The position numbers and the translations under genes are program-made. The notes beneath the pieces are model-generated. The model made no database searches. It saw only the letters and a program-made list of their open reading frames with translations, and was not told where the DNA came from. Source: an uncultured Rhodobacteraceae bacterium (GTDB taxonomy: Bacteria; Pseudomonadota; Alphaproteobacteria; Rhodobacterales; Rhodobacteraceae). From it: a stretch of DNA of 64,000 nucleotides. Location of the stretch: assembly GCA_937872465.1 (NCBI GenBank), contig CALMSR010000040.1, positions 78,279 to 142,278 of the forward strand. Reading direction: 5' to 3'. Numbering within the stretch: position 1 is the stretch's first letter; the number at the start of each line of letters is the position of its first letter. Shown here piece after piece: positions 1 through 11,647 of the stretch.

Positions 1-430
1 CCCGAGTCGCCGCCGCCGTCCGAGTCGCCGCCGTCGTTCCCGCTGCCGCTGTCAGAATCGCCGCCACTGTCAGAGCCGCCGCCGGCGTTCCCGCCACCGC
101 CATCGGAGCTGCCACCGTCGTCGTTCCCGCCGCCGCCATCGGAGCCGCCACCGTCGCTCCCGCCGCCGCCGCCATCGGAGCCGCCACCATCGCTCCCGCC
201 GCCATCGGAACCGTCGCCGCCGTTTCCGCCGCCGCCGTCGGAGCTGCCCCCGCCGTCGTTGCCGCCGCCGCTGTCGTTCCCGCCGCTGTCGTCGTTCCCG
301 GCGCTGCCGCCGGAACCGGCGCCGGTGTCGCCGCCTCCCCTGTCGTCGGCGGCGTTGTCGGTGCCTCCGCGATCGTTGCCCTGGCCGCCGTCGCTCCCGC
401 CGCCGGATCCGCCGCCCGGTGCGGCGCCGC
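1..430. repeat. Low-complexity imperfect tandem repeats (ccgccgccatcggag-like) encoding SDGGG/NDGGG units
   Basis: Repeated ccgccgcc/atcggag/gtcgttcccg motifs visible in the first ~430 bp. Confidence 0.8.
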
Positions 431-962
431 CGCTTTCGCCGGATGCCGAGGCCGTGCCGCCGCTGCCGCGACCGGCGTCACGCCCGTTGCGGCTGGCGCC
501 CTGGCCCTGCCGGCCGGAGTCGCTCGCCGCATTTTGCCTGCCATTGCCGCCTCCGACTTCATGCCCGACGGCATCCTCGCTCTCTTCCGCTCCGCTCCTG
601 GTCTTGCCCGCCGTTTTCGGGCCGGGGGCGGGGTTTCTCTTCGCCGGCGCCACCGCTGGATCGCGCCGCAGCAGGCGCCCGAGTCCCTTCAGCCCGGTCG
701 CATCCGGTGTCGTCGCATCCTGCACCAGATCGCGGCGAATCTCGCCGGTGACACGGTCGAAGACGATCTCGCGCCGCAGGTCGCCGTTCTCGGCCTCGAT
801 CCTGATGCGGCCGAGCCAGGTCCGCCGCACCTCGACGATCCGGTATCCCTCGGCCTGGAGCTCGGTCGCGATTTCCTGCAGCGGTTCGGCGACGGCCTCC
901 GGGGCCGTGGCGAGCGCGGTGGCGAGGGCAAGGAGGCTCCCAAAGAGAATCCGGCGCGGCAT
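1..962 (-). CDS. Secreted protein, 3' end beyond window: signal peptide, small PepSY-like N-domain, long Gly/Ser/Asp/Asn low-complexity tail
   Basis: Not in the ORF track because it runs off the window. My translation from ATG at 962: MPRRILFGSLLALATALATAPEAVAEPLQEIATELQAEGYRIVEVRRTWLGRIRIEAENGDLRREIVFDRVTGEIRRD..., then ...SDGGGSDGGGSDGGGGGSDGGG..., open to position 1. Confidence 0.8.
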   Translation of the reverse strand, partial: MPRRILFGSLLALATALATAPEAVAEPLQEIATELQAEGYRIVEVRRTWLGRIRIEAENGDLRREIVFDRVTGEIRRDLVQDATTPDATGLKGLGRLLRRDPAVAPAKRNPAPGPKTAGKTRSGAEESEDAVGHEVGGGNGRQNAASDSGRQGQGASRNGRDAGRGSGGTASASGESGGAAPGGGSGGGSDGGQGNDRGGTDNAADDRGGGDTGAGSGGSAGNDDSGGNDSGGGNDGGGSSDGGGGNGGDGSDGGGSDGGGSDGGGGGSDGGGSDGGGGNDDGGSSDGGGGNAGGGSDSGGDSDSGSGNDGGDSDGGGDS

Positions 963-1278
963 GGTTCGTTCCGATCACCCTAGCACGCGGACGGCCCCGC
1001 CCGGAATAGTCCGGGCGAGGCCACCGCAACTCGTAAACCGCGGCCGACCCTGGCTTTCGGCCCGGGTCGGCCGCATACCCCTCAATCGATATACCCCTTA
1101 CTCGTCGGAAACGGACCGGCCCGCCCCGGCGCCCACGCGCGCCATCCGCAAGGATCGGCACCACACGCTCGCAGGACCGACTAGACACGCCCGCCCTCGC
1201 CTTGGCGATTGGCCGGAGGTTCAGTTTCCGCGCATTCTGCGCCGCGCATAGCCCCCTAAACCAAAGGCATAGGCCCGA

Positions 1279-2499
<1,221 letters not shown>

Positions 2500-2593
2500 G
2501 GGGGAGCTCCCGTGGGATTTCCCGGGCATCCTTAAGCCGCGGGCGCGGGCCTGTCGATCACACTTCTCGCGGCGCGCCGCGGCTGGCGGGCGG

Positions 2594-3244
2594 TCAGGCG
2601 GGCGCCGGCACCGCCGCCTTGGCGGCGCGTACGAAGGCGGCGATCCGGTCGCGGTCCTTGTAGCCCGGCGCATATTCCACGCCGGAGGAGACATCGACCT
2701 GCCCTGCCCCGGTCAGGCGCACCGCCTCGGCGACGTTCTCGGGCGTCAGGCCGCCCGCCAGCATCCAGGGCACCTGCCAGGTCATACCCTGGAGCAGATG
2801 CCAGTCGAAGGCGACCCCGTTGCCGCCGGGCCGCTCCGCGCCCGGCATCGGCCGGGCATCGACGAGGATCTGGTCGGCGATCCGCGCGTATTCCCGGACC
2901 GCGTCGAGATCGCCTTGGTCGGCGAGCGCCACCGCCTTCATGACCGGCAGGCCGAAGCGCTGCCGGATCTCGGCGACGCGCTCGGGGCTCTCAGTGCCAT
3001 GGAGCTGCAGCATGTCGATGGCGACCTCCTCGAGCAGCGCCTCGAGCAGCGCGTCCTCGGCATCGACGGTCAGGGCGACCCGGAGCAGGCCGTCGGGCGT
3101 CCCTTCGGCGATCCATTTCGCATCCGCGAGCGAAAGGCAGCGCGGCGATTTCGGGAAGAACACCAGCCCGACGTAATCGGCGCCGGATCGCGCCGCCGCC
3201 GCCACTTCGGCTCGCGAGCGCAGGCCGCAGATCTTGACCCTCAT
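2594..3244 (-). CDS. trpF: Phosphoribosylanthranilate isomerase
   Basis: [35 protein letters not shown]. Confidence 0.96.
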   Translation of the reverse strand: MRVKICGLRSRAEVAAAARSGADYVGLVFFPKSPRCLSLADAKWIAEGTPDGLLRVALTVDAEDALLEALLEEVAIDMLQLHGTESPERVAEIRQRFGLPVMKAVALADQGDLDAVREYARIADQILVDARPMPGAERPGGNGVAFDWHLLQGMTWQVPWMLAGGLTPENVAEAVRLTGAGQVDVSSGVEYAPGYKDRDRIAAFVRAAKAAVPAPA

Positions 3245-3258
3245 GGCCGCCCGGCCGC

Positions 3259-3600
3259 TCAGTTGCCCAGGAGCGCCAGAACGTCGTCCTTCGGCCGGTT
3301 GGTCTCGCGGCGCAGCCCCTCCACCTCGCGGTTGAGCTTCGCGGCCTCGCGCGCCTTGACCGCTGCGCGACGACGATGCTTGTGCTCGCGGAGATATTCC
3401 AGCAGGTAGCCCAGCACCATTCCGGTCACGATCGACAGGAGGCCGACGACGAAGAGCGGCAGCTCCAGCATCGCGCCCGGGCTCAGCCGGTCGAGGCCCT
3501 CGGGCAGGAGGCGCACCGTCACCGGGTCGCGATTCGCCAGCGCGAGCACCACGATCCCGAGCAGGATCAGACCGAGCAGAATAGACTTGATGACGCGCAT
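3259..3600 (-). CDS. lapA: LapA-family (lipopolysaccharide assembly protein A domain) membrane protein
   Basis: MRVIKSILLGLILLGIVVLALANRDPVTVRLL; two TM helices and a basic coiled tail; usual position after ihfB. Confidence 0.8.
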   Translation of the reverse strand: MRVIKSILLGLILLGIVVLALANRDPVTVRLLPEGLDRLSPGAMLELPLFVVGLLSIVTGMVLGYLLEYLREHKHRRRAAVKAREAAKLNREVEGLRRETNRPKDDVLALLGN

Positions 3601-3626
3601 GAACGCCCCCCGTGGACCGCTGAACT

Positions 3627-3908
3627 CTAGCCCTGATTCAGCCGGTCGCGCAACAGCTTGCCGGTCTTGAAGAAGGGAACGTGCTTCTCCTCGACCTCGA
3701 CGGTTTCGCCGGTGCGCGGGTTGCGCCCCAGCCGCGCCTCGCGCTGCTTGACCGAGAAGGCCCCGAAGCCGCGCAGCTCCACCCGGTTCCCGTTGGCCAT
3801 GGCCTCGATGATCTCGTCGAAGACCGTCGCGACGATCCGTTCCACGTCGCGCTGGAAGAGATGGGGGTTCTCCTCCGCGATCTTTTGCACAAGTTCCGAT
3901 TTGATCAT
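3627..3908 (-). CDS. ihfB: Integration host factor beta subunit
   Basis: [17 protein letters not shown]...[27 protein letters not shown]...VPFFKTGK, 93 aa. Confidence 0.97.
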   Translation of the reverse strand: MIKSELVQKIAEENPHLFQRDVERIVATVFDEIIEAMANGNRVELRGFGAFSVKQREARLGRNPRTGETVEVEEKHVPFFKTGKLLRDRLNQG

Positions 3909-3991
3909 CGCCGCCCCCGAAGCCTGCGTTCTGGCATCCACGGAAGGGAACCCGCCGCCGGTCTCCCGCCCCGGTGACATTCTTGCACCAA

Positions 3992-4906
3992 TTACCGCGT
4001 GAGGGAATAGAGCTTGGGACCCTGTCCGCGGGATATTTCCCCGAGAATCCCGCCGGTTGCCGCAATCTTGCCCAGGAACCGTGTCACACTCGGCTCGTCG
4101 TGCTCCACCGTCCAATCGCGCACAGGGAGATCGGCGACGCCACCATCGCGCGATTCGAGCCAGTCGAGCGCGGCCGCCTCGCCGCCGATCTCGTCGACCA
4201 GACCGTTCTCGAGCGCGGCGCGCCCGGTAAAGACGGCGCCGGTCGCGACATTGGCGAGGGCATTCCCCGAAAGCCCCCGCCGCGTGCCGACCAGATCGCG
4301 GAACCAGACGAAGCCGTCGGCCACCAGCGCCTCCTCGAGCGCGCGCGCCGCCGGATTCGTCGGCCGGAACGGCGAGGGCTCGGCCTTGAGCTCGGAGGAG
4401 CGGACGGTCTCGAGGCCGATGTTCAGATACTCCATGACCCCCGTGAGGTCGGGATATTCCATGATCACGCCGATGGAGCCGGTCAGGGTATTGCCGCGGC
4501 TCACGATATGGTCGGCGGCGATCGCGGCGATGTAGCCGCCCGAGGCGGCCACCTCCCCCAGGACCGCGACCACCGGCTTCTTCTCGGCGATCACGCGGAT
4601 CGATTCGAAGAGCGCCTCCGACCCGGCCGTGCTGCCGCCCGGCGAGTTGATCCGCAGCAGGAGCGCGCGCACGCTGTCGGTCTCGGCGATCTCGGCCAGG
4701 AGCTCGTCGCGGTCGGGATCGTCGCCGATCATCCCGGAGACCTCGAACCGCGCCACATGCTCGCGCGGCACGTCGAGGGAATCGGAGAAGGTCAGGCCGC
4801 CGATGACCAGCGCCAGCACCGCCGCGACGAGAAAGCCGCGCCAGAAGGCCGAACGGCGCCATTTGCGGCGCCGTTCCTCGTAGAAGTCCCGTTCGAGGAC
4901 GTCCAT
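3992..4906 (-). CDS. sppA: Signal peptide peptidase SppA (S49)
   Basis: [22 protein letters not shown] motifs and an N-terminal TM anchor. Confidence 0.93.
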   Translation of the reverse strand: MDVLERDFYEERRRKWRRSAFWRGFLVAAVLALVIGGLTFSDSLDVPREHVARFEVSGMIGDDPDRDELLAEIAETDSVRALLLRINSPGGSTAGSEALFESIRVIAEKKPVVAVLGEVAASGGYIAAIAADHIVSRGNTLTGSIGVIMEYPDLTGVMEYLNIGLETVRSSELKAEPSPFRPTNPAARALEEALVADGFVWFRDLVGTRRGLSGNALANVATGAVFTGRAALENGLVDEIGGEAAALDWLESRDGGVADLPVRDWTVEHDEPSVTRFLGKIAATGGILGEISRGQGPKLYSLTR

Positions 4907-4910
4907 GACC

Positions 4911-6596
4911 TCAGTCGTTTTCGCGCTTCTTCAGCGCGGCGCCGAGGATGTCGCCGAGCGAGGCGCCGGAGTCCGACGAGCCGTATTGTTCCACGGCCTC
5001 CTTCTCCTCGGCGATCTCGCGGGCCTTGATCGACAGGCCGAGCTTGCGCGTCTTGCTGTCGATATTGGTGACCCGCGCGTCCACATGGTCGCCCCGGGTG
5101 AAGCGCTCGGGGCGCTGCTCGGCGCGGTCCCGGCTGAGGTCGGAGCGGCGGATGAAGCTCTTCATGCCGTCGTATTCGACCTCGATGCCGCCGTCCTCGA
5201 TCGAGGTGACGGTGACCGTGACGATGTCGCCGCGCTTCACGCCCGCGACCGCATCGGCGAAGGGATCGCCCTCGACCGCCTTGATCGACAGCGAGATCCG
5301 CTCCTTCTCCACGTCGACGTCGGTGACGACCGCCTTGACCACGTCGCCCTTGCGGTAGTCCTGGATCGCGTCCTCGCCGGAGCGGTTCCAGTCCAGGTCG
5401 CTCAGGTGCACCATGCCGTCGATGTCGCCCTCGAGGCCGACGAAGAGCCCGAACTCGGTGATGTTCTTGATCTCGCCCTCGACCTGGGTACCGTTCGGAT
5501 GGGTCGCGGCGAAGGTCTCCCACGGGTTGCCCTGGGCCTGCTTCAGGCCGAGCGACACGCGGCGCTTCTGGCTGTCGATCTCGAGCACCACCACATCGAC
5601 CTCCTGGGAGGTGGAGACGATCTTGCCGGGATGCACGTTCTTCTTGGTCCAGGACATCTCCGAGACATGCACCAGCCCCTCGATGCCGGGCTCCAGCTCC
5701 ACGAAGGCGCCGTAGTCGGTGATGTTGGTGACGCGGCCGGTGTGCTTGGAGCCGATCGGGAACTTGTCCTCGACCGTGTCCCAGGGATCGGCCTGAAGCT
5801 GCTTGACGCCCAGCGAGATGCGCTGGGTCTCCTTGTTGATCTTGATGATCTGCACCTTCAGCGTCTCGCCGATGGTGACGATCTCGGAGGGATGGTTTAC
5901 CCGCCGCCAGGCCATGTCGGTGACGTGAAGCAGGCCGTCGACACCGCCCAGATCGACGAAGGCGCCGTATTCGGTGATGTTCTTGACGACACCGTCCACC
6001 GCCTCGCCCTCGGTCAGGCGCGCCACGATCTCCGCGCGCTGCTCGGCGCGGCTCTCCTCCAGCACCGCGCGGCGGGAGACGACGATATTGCCGCGGCGGC
6101 GGTCCATCTTCAGGATCTGGAAGGGCTGGGGCATGTGCATCAGCGGCCCGGCGTCGCGCACGGGGCGCACGTCGACCTGGCTGCCCGGAAGGAAGGCCAC
6201 GGCGCCGCCGAGATCGACGGTGAAGCCGCCCTTGACGCGGCCGAAGATCGCGCCCTCGACGCGCTCCTCCTTGCCGAAGGCCTTTTCGAGCCGGTCCCAG
6301 GCCTCTTCGCGGCGGGCCTTCTCGCGGCTGATGACCGCCTCGCCGCGGGCGTTCTCGACCCTGTCGAGATAGACCTCCACGACGTCGCCGACCTTGATCT
6401 CGGGCGCCTTGCCGGGAGCGGCGAATTCCTTGAGATCGACGCGGCCTTCCATCTTGTAGCCGACGTCGATGATGGCCTGTCCGGCCTCGATCGCGAGCAC
6501 GGTGCCCTTGACGACCGACCCCTCGTCGGGGGTTTCGAGCTCGAAGCTCTCGTTGAGCAGGGCCTCGAAATCTTCCATGGTTGCCGCAGCTGGCAT
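4911..6596 (-). CDS. rpsA: 30S ribosomal protein S1
   Basis: Six S1 repeats (YGAFVDLGGVDGLLHVTD, YGAFVELEPGIEGLVHVSEM). Confidence 0.98.
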   Translation of the reverse strand: MPAAATMEDFEALLNESFELETPDEGSVVKGTVLAIEAGQAIIDVGYKMEGRVDLKEFAAPGKAPEIKVGDVVEVYLDRVENARGEAVISREKARREEAWDRLEKAFGKEERVEGAIFGRVKGGFTVDLGGAVAFLPGSQVDVRPVRDAGPLMHMPQPFQILKMDRRRGNIVVSRRAVLEESRAEQRAEIVARLTEGEAVDGVVKNITEYGAFVDLGGVDGLLHVTDMAWRRVNHPSEIVTIGETLKVQIIKINKETQRISLGVKQLQADPWDTVEDKFPIGSKHTGRVTNITDYGAFVELEPGIEGLVHVSEMSWTKKNVHPGKIVSTSQEVDVVVLEIDSQKRRVSLGLKQAQGNPWETFAATHPNGTQVEGEIKNITEFGLFVGLEGDIDGMVHLSDLDWNRSGEDAIQDYRKGDVVKAVVTDVDVEKERISLSIKAVEGDPFADAVAGVKRGDIVTVTVTSIEDGGIEVEYDGMKSFIRRSDLSRDRAEQRPERFTRGDHVDARVTNIDSKTRKLGLSIKAREIAEEKEAVEQYGSSDSGASLGDILGAALKKREND

Positions 6597-6620
6597 GCAT
6601 TTCTCCAGGTTCGTGTTTCT

Positions 6621-6645
6621 GGCCGGGCGGTTGGCTCCGCCGGTC
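6621..6645 (-). promoter_or_regulatory. Bulged hairpin in the rpsA leader (possible autoregulatory element)
   Basis: Minus strand gaccggcggagccaaccgcccggcc can fold. Its function is inferred only. Confidence 0.3.
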
Positions 6646-6695
6646 TATGGGCTGGGCCGCAGCGGCCCGAAAAACCAACGATCAGCGCGGGGCTC

Positions 6696-7328
6696 TCACG
6701 CCCCACCCTGCGGTAGCCGGCTCTTCACATGGGCGATCGCTGCAGCGACGGCCGCGTCTATAGACAGATCCGTGGTATCGAGCAAGAGCGCATCGGCGGC
6801 CGCCGCCATCGGCGCCGCGTCCCGGCCCGCGTCCCGCGCGTCGCGGGCGCGGATCTCCGCCAGCACCTGCCCGAGGCTCTGGCGCCCGTCCATCTCGGCG
6901 GCGCGCCGCCGGGCGCGGACCTCGTCGCTGGCGGTGACGAAGAGCTTGGCCTCGGCATTGGGCGCGATCACCGTGCCGATGTCGCGCCCGTCGAGCACCG
7001 CCCCGCCCTCCCGGCGCGCGAAGCGCTTCTGGAAGTCGAGCAATGCCGCGCGCACCTCCGGCAGCGCCGCGACCTTGGAGGCCGCCGCCGAGGCGCGGGC
7101 GCTGCGCAGGGCCGGCCGCTCCAGGTCGTCCGGCTCCAGGCGCCGGGCGATCTCGGCCGCCCAATGCGGGTCGATCACCCCGCGCCCGTCCTCGAGCGCC
7201 TGCACGCCCACCGCCCGGTAGAGCAGCCCGGTATCGAGATAGGCGAGGCCCAGTTCCGCGGCCACCGCCCGCCCGATCGTGCCCTTGCCGGCCGCCGCCG
7301 GCCCGTCGATCGCCACCGTGAACTTCAT
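6696..7328 (-). CDS. cmk: Cytidylate kinase
   Basis: [44 protein letters not shown]. Confidence 0.95.
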   Translation of the reverse strand: MKFTVAIDGPAAAGKGTIGRAVAAELGLAYLDTGLLYRAVGVQALEDGRGVIDPHWAAEIARRLEPDDLERPALRSARASAAASKVAALPEVRAALLDFQKRFARREGGAVLDGRDIGTVIAPNAEAKLFVTASDEVRARRRAAEMDGRQSLGQVLAEIRARDARDAGRDAAPMAAAADALLLDTTDLSIDAAVAAAIAHVKSRLPQGGA

Positions 7329-7377
7329 CGCGACACACTCCATGGCTGCGGCCGTCGATCGGGCGCCCGTTCCGCCG

Positions 7378-7783
7378 TCACGCCGTCATCTCCGGATCGC
7401 CCGCTTCGGCCTGCGGCAGCCCGTCGGCGATCTCGTAATGATCGCCCTTGCCCGCCACGTGGATGTGCCCCTCGAGGCGCAGTCCCGTGGGCAGATCGAG
7501 GGTTCCGGCGAAGATGGAAATCCATCCCGAGCCCGGCTGCTCCCAGAAGAGGTTCGAGCCGCAGCGCGCGCGAAAAGCCGCGCCAGGCCTCCGGGCTCGA
7601 GGCAAACCAAGTCACGTCGCCGGCGATCGCCACATCGTCCCGCCGCGCCGCGGTCGCCGCGACATGGTGGCCCGAGCTCCGCCGGCACTGCCGGCAATGG
7701 CAGGCCACCACGCCGCGGAGCGGTCCGGTCACGCGGTAGCGCACCGCGCCGCAGAGGCAGCCGCCGGACCGGGCCGTGCTCAC
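7378..7783 (-). pseudogene. GFA/CENP-V family Zn-binding protein with a +1 frameshift (real or sequencing error)
   Basis: GGCLCGAVRY...CHCRQCRR in one frame, CGSNLFW...FAGTLD in another. Removing the G at 7572 restores RGFCARCGSNLF and a 134-aa ORF overlapping the aroA stop (GTGA). Confidence 0.85.
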
Positions 7784-9120
7784 GCGGCGATGTCCGCGCC
7801 GAGCCGGCGCATCAGCGCCAAGAAGCCCGGGAAGCTCGTCGCGATCGGCGCGCTGTCGTCGACCCGGATCGGCGCCTGCGCGGCGAGGCCGAGGCAGAGG
7901 AAGGACATGGCGATGCGATGGTCGAGCCGGCTGGAGACGGTCGTGCCCCCGGCGACGCCGCGGGGTCCGCGGCCGTGCACGATGAGGTAATCCGTACCCT
8001 CCTCGATCCGGATGCCGCAGGCCTCGAGCCCGCGCGCCATGGCGTCGATGCGGTCGCATTCCTTGACCCGCAGCTCCCGGATGCCGCGCATCACCGTCGG
8101 CCCGTCCGCGAGCGCGGCTAGGGCGGCGAGGATCGGGTATTCGTCGATCATCGAGACCGCGCGCTCGGGCGGCACCTCGATGCCGGTGAGTTCGGAGAAG
8201 CGCACGCGCAGGTCGGCCATGGGCTCGCCGCCCTCCTCGCGGCGGTTGGCGAAATCGATGCGCGCGCCCATCTCGACGAGCGTCTCGTAGAGCCCGGCGC
8301 GCGTGGGGTTCAGCCCGATGCCCGGAACGGTGATGTCGGAGCCCTCGACCATCAGCGCCGCCGCCACCGGGAAGGCGGCGGAGCTGGGGTCGCGCGGCAC
8401 CGAGATCGCGCGGCCCTGGAGCTCCGGCTGGCCGGTCAGGGTGATGACCCTTCCCTCGGTGCTGGTCTCCACCGCGACCGTCGCGCCGAAGCCCGCCAGC
8501 ATGCGCTCGGTGTGGTCGCGGGTCGGCTCGCGCTCGATCACCACCGTCTCGCCCGGCGCGTTCAGCCCGGCGAGCAGCACCGCGGATTTCACCTGCGCCG
8601 AGGGCATCGGCGTGGTGTAGGTGACCGGCACCGGGTTCGCGGCACCGGTGAGCGCGATCGGCAGCCGCCCGCCGCGCCGGCCGCGCGCCTGCGCCCCGAA
8701 GAGCGCGAGCGGGTCGATCACCCTCCCCATGGGGCGCCCGCGCAGGCTGGCGTCGCCGGTGAAGACCGCCGTGAGGTCGCTCGTGGCCATCGCGCCCATG
8801 ATCAGGCGGACGCCGGTGCCGGAATTGCCGCAATCGATCACGTCCTCGGGCTCGTGGAAGCCGCCGACGCCGACGCCCTGCACCAGCCATTCGCCGTCCG
8901 CCAGCCGCTCGACGCCCGCGCCGAAGGCCCGCATGGCGCGGCCGGTGTCGAGCACGTCCTCGCCTTCGAGCAGGCCGAGGATGCGGGTCTCGCCGATGCT
9001 GAGCGCCCCGAGGATCAGCGCGCGGTGCGAGACCGACTTGTCGCCGGGCACCTCCGCCATGCCCCTGAGCGGCCCGGCCGCCCGGGATTCCATCGGCATG
9101 GGTTCGCCGCCGTGGGACAT
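7780..9120 (-). CDS. aroA: 3-phosphoshikimate 1-carboxyvinyltransferase (EPSP synthase)
   Basis: [47 protein letters not shown]. Confidence 0.97.
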   Translation of the reverse strand: MSHGGEPMPMESRAAGPLRGMAEVPGDKSVSHRALILGALSIGETRILGLLEGEDVLDTGRAMRAFGAGVERLADGEWLVQGVGVGGFHEPEDVIDCGNSGTGVRLIMGAMATSDLTAVFTGDASLRGRPMGRVIDPLALFGAQARGRRGGRLPIALTGAANPVPVTYTTPMPSAQVKSAVLLAGLNAPGETVVIEREPTRDHTERMLAGFGATVAVETSTEGRVITLTGQPELQGRAISVPRDPSSAAFPVAAALMVEGSDITVPGIGLNPTRAGLYETLVEMGARIDFANRREEGGEPMADLRVRFSELTGIEVPPERAVSMIDEYPILAALAALADGPTVMRGIRELRVKECDRIDAMARGLEACGIRIEEGTDYLIVHGRGPRGVAGGTTVSSRLDHRIAMSFLCLGLAAQAPIRVDDSAPIATSFPGFLALMRRLGADIAA

Positions 9121-9254
9121 CGCTTCGCCTCCTCGTTCCGTCGCGGTCTCTTAGGCGATCGGCGCGGGGCGGTCCACTGGCGGCGGCAAGAGCCTCCCCC
9201 GGCGCCCCGGATGTGCTAGGCTGGGCCGCGGCAACCGGTCTCAAGGGGAACGAC

Positions 9255-9545
9255 ATGGGCTATCTGACGATCACCACCTGGGAACTCTCGGACGGCGCGG
9301 ATTGGGAGACCAACCTGCGCAGCGTGCGCGAGCAGCGGCTCCCGGCGCTGAAGGCGATGGGGGCGACCAGGGTCACGCTTGTCCGCACCAGCAGCCGCAC
9401 CACCGCCGCGATCTCGGAATGGCCCGACGAGCAGACCCGGGACGACGCGATGCATCTCATCGCCGAGGTGCGGCGCAAGGTGCAGGCGGTGGACGGCTTC
9501 CGCCTGACCGGCGAGATGAAGGGCACGGTGGTGGCGGAGGTGTGA
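9255..9545 (+). CDS. Small hypothetical protein, probable dimeric alpha/beta-barrel fold
   Basis: 96-aa ORF MGYLTITTWEL..., upstream AAGGGGA RBS. The fold is inferred from its beta-alpha-beta-beta-alpha-beta pattern. Confidence 0.6.
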   Translation: MGYLTITTWELSDGADWETNLRSVREQRLPALKAMGATRVTLVRTSSRTTAAISEWPDEQTRDDAMHLIAEVRRKVQAVDGFRLTGEMKGTVVAEV

Positions 9546-9569
9546 GGACGGGCGGCGGCCGCGCGCCCC

Positions 9570-10049
9570 ATGGCCGGCCTGATGCTCCAGGGGGCGCTGC
9601 TGGGGCTCGGCGCCACCCTTCTCTTCGATCTCTGGCAAGCGGGGCTGGCGCGGGCGACCGGCCAGCCGCCGCCGAACTGGGCGCCGGTCGGGCGCTGGTT
9701 CCGGCATCTCGCCCGAGGCAGGGTGTTCCACGCGGATATCGGCGCGGCCGAGCCCTGGCGGCACGAGCGCGCGCTCGGCTGGGCCGGGCATTACGCGGTC
9801 GGGCTGGTCTACGGGGTCGCCTTCGCGCTGATCGTCGGCCCCGGCTGGCTGGCGGCGCCGCGCCTGCTGCCGGCCTGGATCTTCGGGATCGCCACCCTCG
9901 CCTTCGGCTGGTTCCTGCTCCAGCCCGGGCTCGGGCTGGGCTGGGCGGCCTCGAAGGCCCCGAACCCGGCGAAGCTGCGGATCCTGAACCTCGCCGGGCA
10001 TACGGTCTTCGGGCTGGGGCTCTGGCTGACCGGGCTGGTGATCGCATAG
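9570..10049 (+). CDS. DUF2938-like membrane protein
   Basis: GATLLFDLW...NWAPVGRWF...LGWAGHYAVG...FLLQPGLGLG..ASKAPNP...LAGHTVFGLGL. Confidence 0.8.
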   Translation: MAGLMLQGALLGLGATLLFDLWQAGLARATGQPPPNWAPVGRWFRHLARGRVFHADIGAAEPWRHERALGWAGHYAVGLVYGVAFALIVGPGWLAAPRLLPAWIFGIATLAFGWFLLQPGLGLGWAASKAPNPAKLRILNLAGHTVFGLGLWLTGLVIA

Positions 10050-10215
10050 GTGCGCGCGCGCACGAAGGGCCATGCCATTGAAACGGATTGATTTTCCCGG
10101 ATCCGTTAACCCGATTTCAACCGGTGCGCGCGCCGCGGCCGGAGCGGGCCGCCGGATGCTTGCGCCGCGGGCCGGAGGGGCGGATACTTGCGGCACAACA
10201 GGGGAGGAGACGGCC

Positions 10216-10548
10216 ATGGCGCTCTTCGAGAAGATGAATGCCGCGATCGCGATGAAGGACGCGGAGGCCTATCTCGCGCTCTATGCCGACGACGCGGTCT
10301 TCGTGCGGCACCAGACCGGCACGGAGATGGACAAGGCGCAGTTCGGCGAGATGATCCGCAGGATGGTGGCCGACGAGCGCATGGTGATGGGCGCGCGGCG
10401 CTGCCTCTACGAGAACGGCGACATCCTGGTGGTGCATTCGGTCAACGACTATCCCGACGGCACAAGGGAGGCGGTGCTGATGGCCTGCATGCTGAAGGAC
10501 GGCAAGATCGCCCGCGTCGAGACCGGGGCGACTCCGCTGGCGAGATAG
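10216..10548 (+). CDS. NTF2/SnoaL-like small protein
   Basis: 110 aa, EAYLALYADDAVF, RCLYENGDILVVH, KDGKIARVETG; GGAGGAG RBS. Confidence 0.75.
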   Translation: MALFEKMNAAIAMKDAEAYLALYADDAVFVRHQTGTEMDKAQFGEMIRRMVADERMVMGARRCLYENGDILVVHSVNDYPDGTREAVLMACMLKDGKIARVETGATPLAR

Positions 10549-10729
10549 TCCTCGGCGCCGCCGCCGGCCTGCTCGGCCTCAAAGTCTAGCGGGATCAAGG
10601 GTTAACGTGGCTTCGTCGTGGCTTGAACCGGGCTGGAAGGCGGCTGGGATGCGGCAAGCCATCTTTTCATGAGTCCCTAACGGTTAACGCGGAACGGGGC
10701 CGGCGCGTCGGCGCGATGCGGTCGGCGGG

Positions 10730-11263
10730 TCACGGCGCGGGCTGGGAAACGTCGTAGAGGCGGGTTGGGTCGTAGCCGTTCCGGGCCAGCACGGCCTCGG
10801 CTTCGGCGCGGCGGGCGGGGGAGATGGTGGGGGTGCGGGCGAGGATCCAGCCGGCGCGGCCGGAGGGCACGGCGACGACCGCCGTGCGGTAGTCCGCGTC
10901 GACCCAGAGCACCCAGTAGTCGGCGGCGACGAAGGGCACGCCGGAGAAGCGCACCTTCAGCTCGCCCGGGGCGACGACGGTCGCGGTGCCGGATATCTGT
11001 TCCTCCGGACCGTCGGGGGCGCCCTGGCGGCAGGTGTTGCGCAGGCTGATGGTCCCGGCGTCGATGCGGCCGTAGTCGGCGGTGGTGGCGGTGCAGCCCT
11101 GCTCGAAGGACACCGGGTAGCGGGCGATCTCGTACCAGCGGCCGAGATAGCGCTCGGGCTCAAAATCGCGCTGCGCGGCGATGCCGACGCCGGGGTCGCG
11201 GTAGCTCGGGCCGACGCAGGCGGCGAGGGCGACGCTGGCGGCGAGGGGGGCGAGGCGGCGCAT
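10730..11263 (-). CDS. Bacterial lipocalin (Blc-like) lipoprotein
   Basis: Lipobox LAAC, RYLGRWYEIARYP, DYWVLWVDADY, GWILARTP. Confidence 0.9.
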   Translation of the reverse strand: MRRLAPLAASVALAACVGPSYRDPGVGIAAQRDFEPERYLGRWYEIARYPVSFEQGCTATTADYGRIDAGTISLRNTCRQGAPDGPEEQISGTATVVAPGELKVRFSGVPFVAADYWVLWVDADYRTAVVAVPSGRAGWILARTPTISPARRAEAEAVLARNGYDPTRLYDVSQPAP

Positions 11264-11647
11264 GGGGTTCCCGGTCGAAGGCTGCCCAGCCGCTTTAGCC
11301 GAGCCCGGCGGGCGGCGCCATGCCCCTGCGCCGGTCCGCCACGTCACCGGCGCAGGGCGCGTTCGGTCGTCTCGCAGATTAGGGGCAGGTCAGGGGATGC
11401 CGCGCTCGGCATCGCGGGCCTTGACGGCACAGGTCAGCGGCTGCGGGGTGCCGTGTTGACGCGCGCGGTCTTGGACTCCGCTGGAGTAAGCTGAATATCT
11501 TCGGGCGGCGCGGCACTCTAGGCGTTTGATGAGGTCCAGTTCGGCCTTCGAGTTGGGCCGGAAGGGCGGCTCGGTCAGGAGGCTTCGGCCCCCAGGTGGC
11601 GCCTGCTGTGCGCGCTTTCGGATGCGCGTTTGAAAACCGTTGCCTCG

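Noticed and set aside
1-430. Repeats considered as a CRISPR array
   Set aside because: No constant repeat with unique spacers; they are codon-level low-complexity repeats, and there are no cas genes.
259-1251. 330-aa Pro-rich plus-strand ORF
   Set aside because: Antisense shadow of the Gly-rich minus-strand gene (GGC codons read as CCG).
963-1278. Absence of trpA after trpB
   Set aside because: trpA is often unlinked from trpFB in this group; no remnant is seen.
10598-10690. Isolated GTTAAC half-sites
   Set aside because: They lack the second TTAA at N7 spacing, so they are not called CtrA boxes.
11324-11520. 12-bp hairpin (11324-11357) and a possible gene-tail remnant ...LTCAVKARDAERGIP* on the minus strand
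   Set aside because: No recognisable family or start; insufficient evidence.
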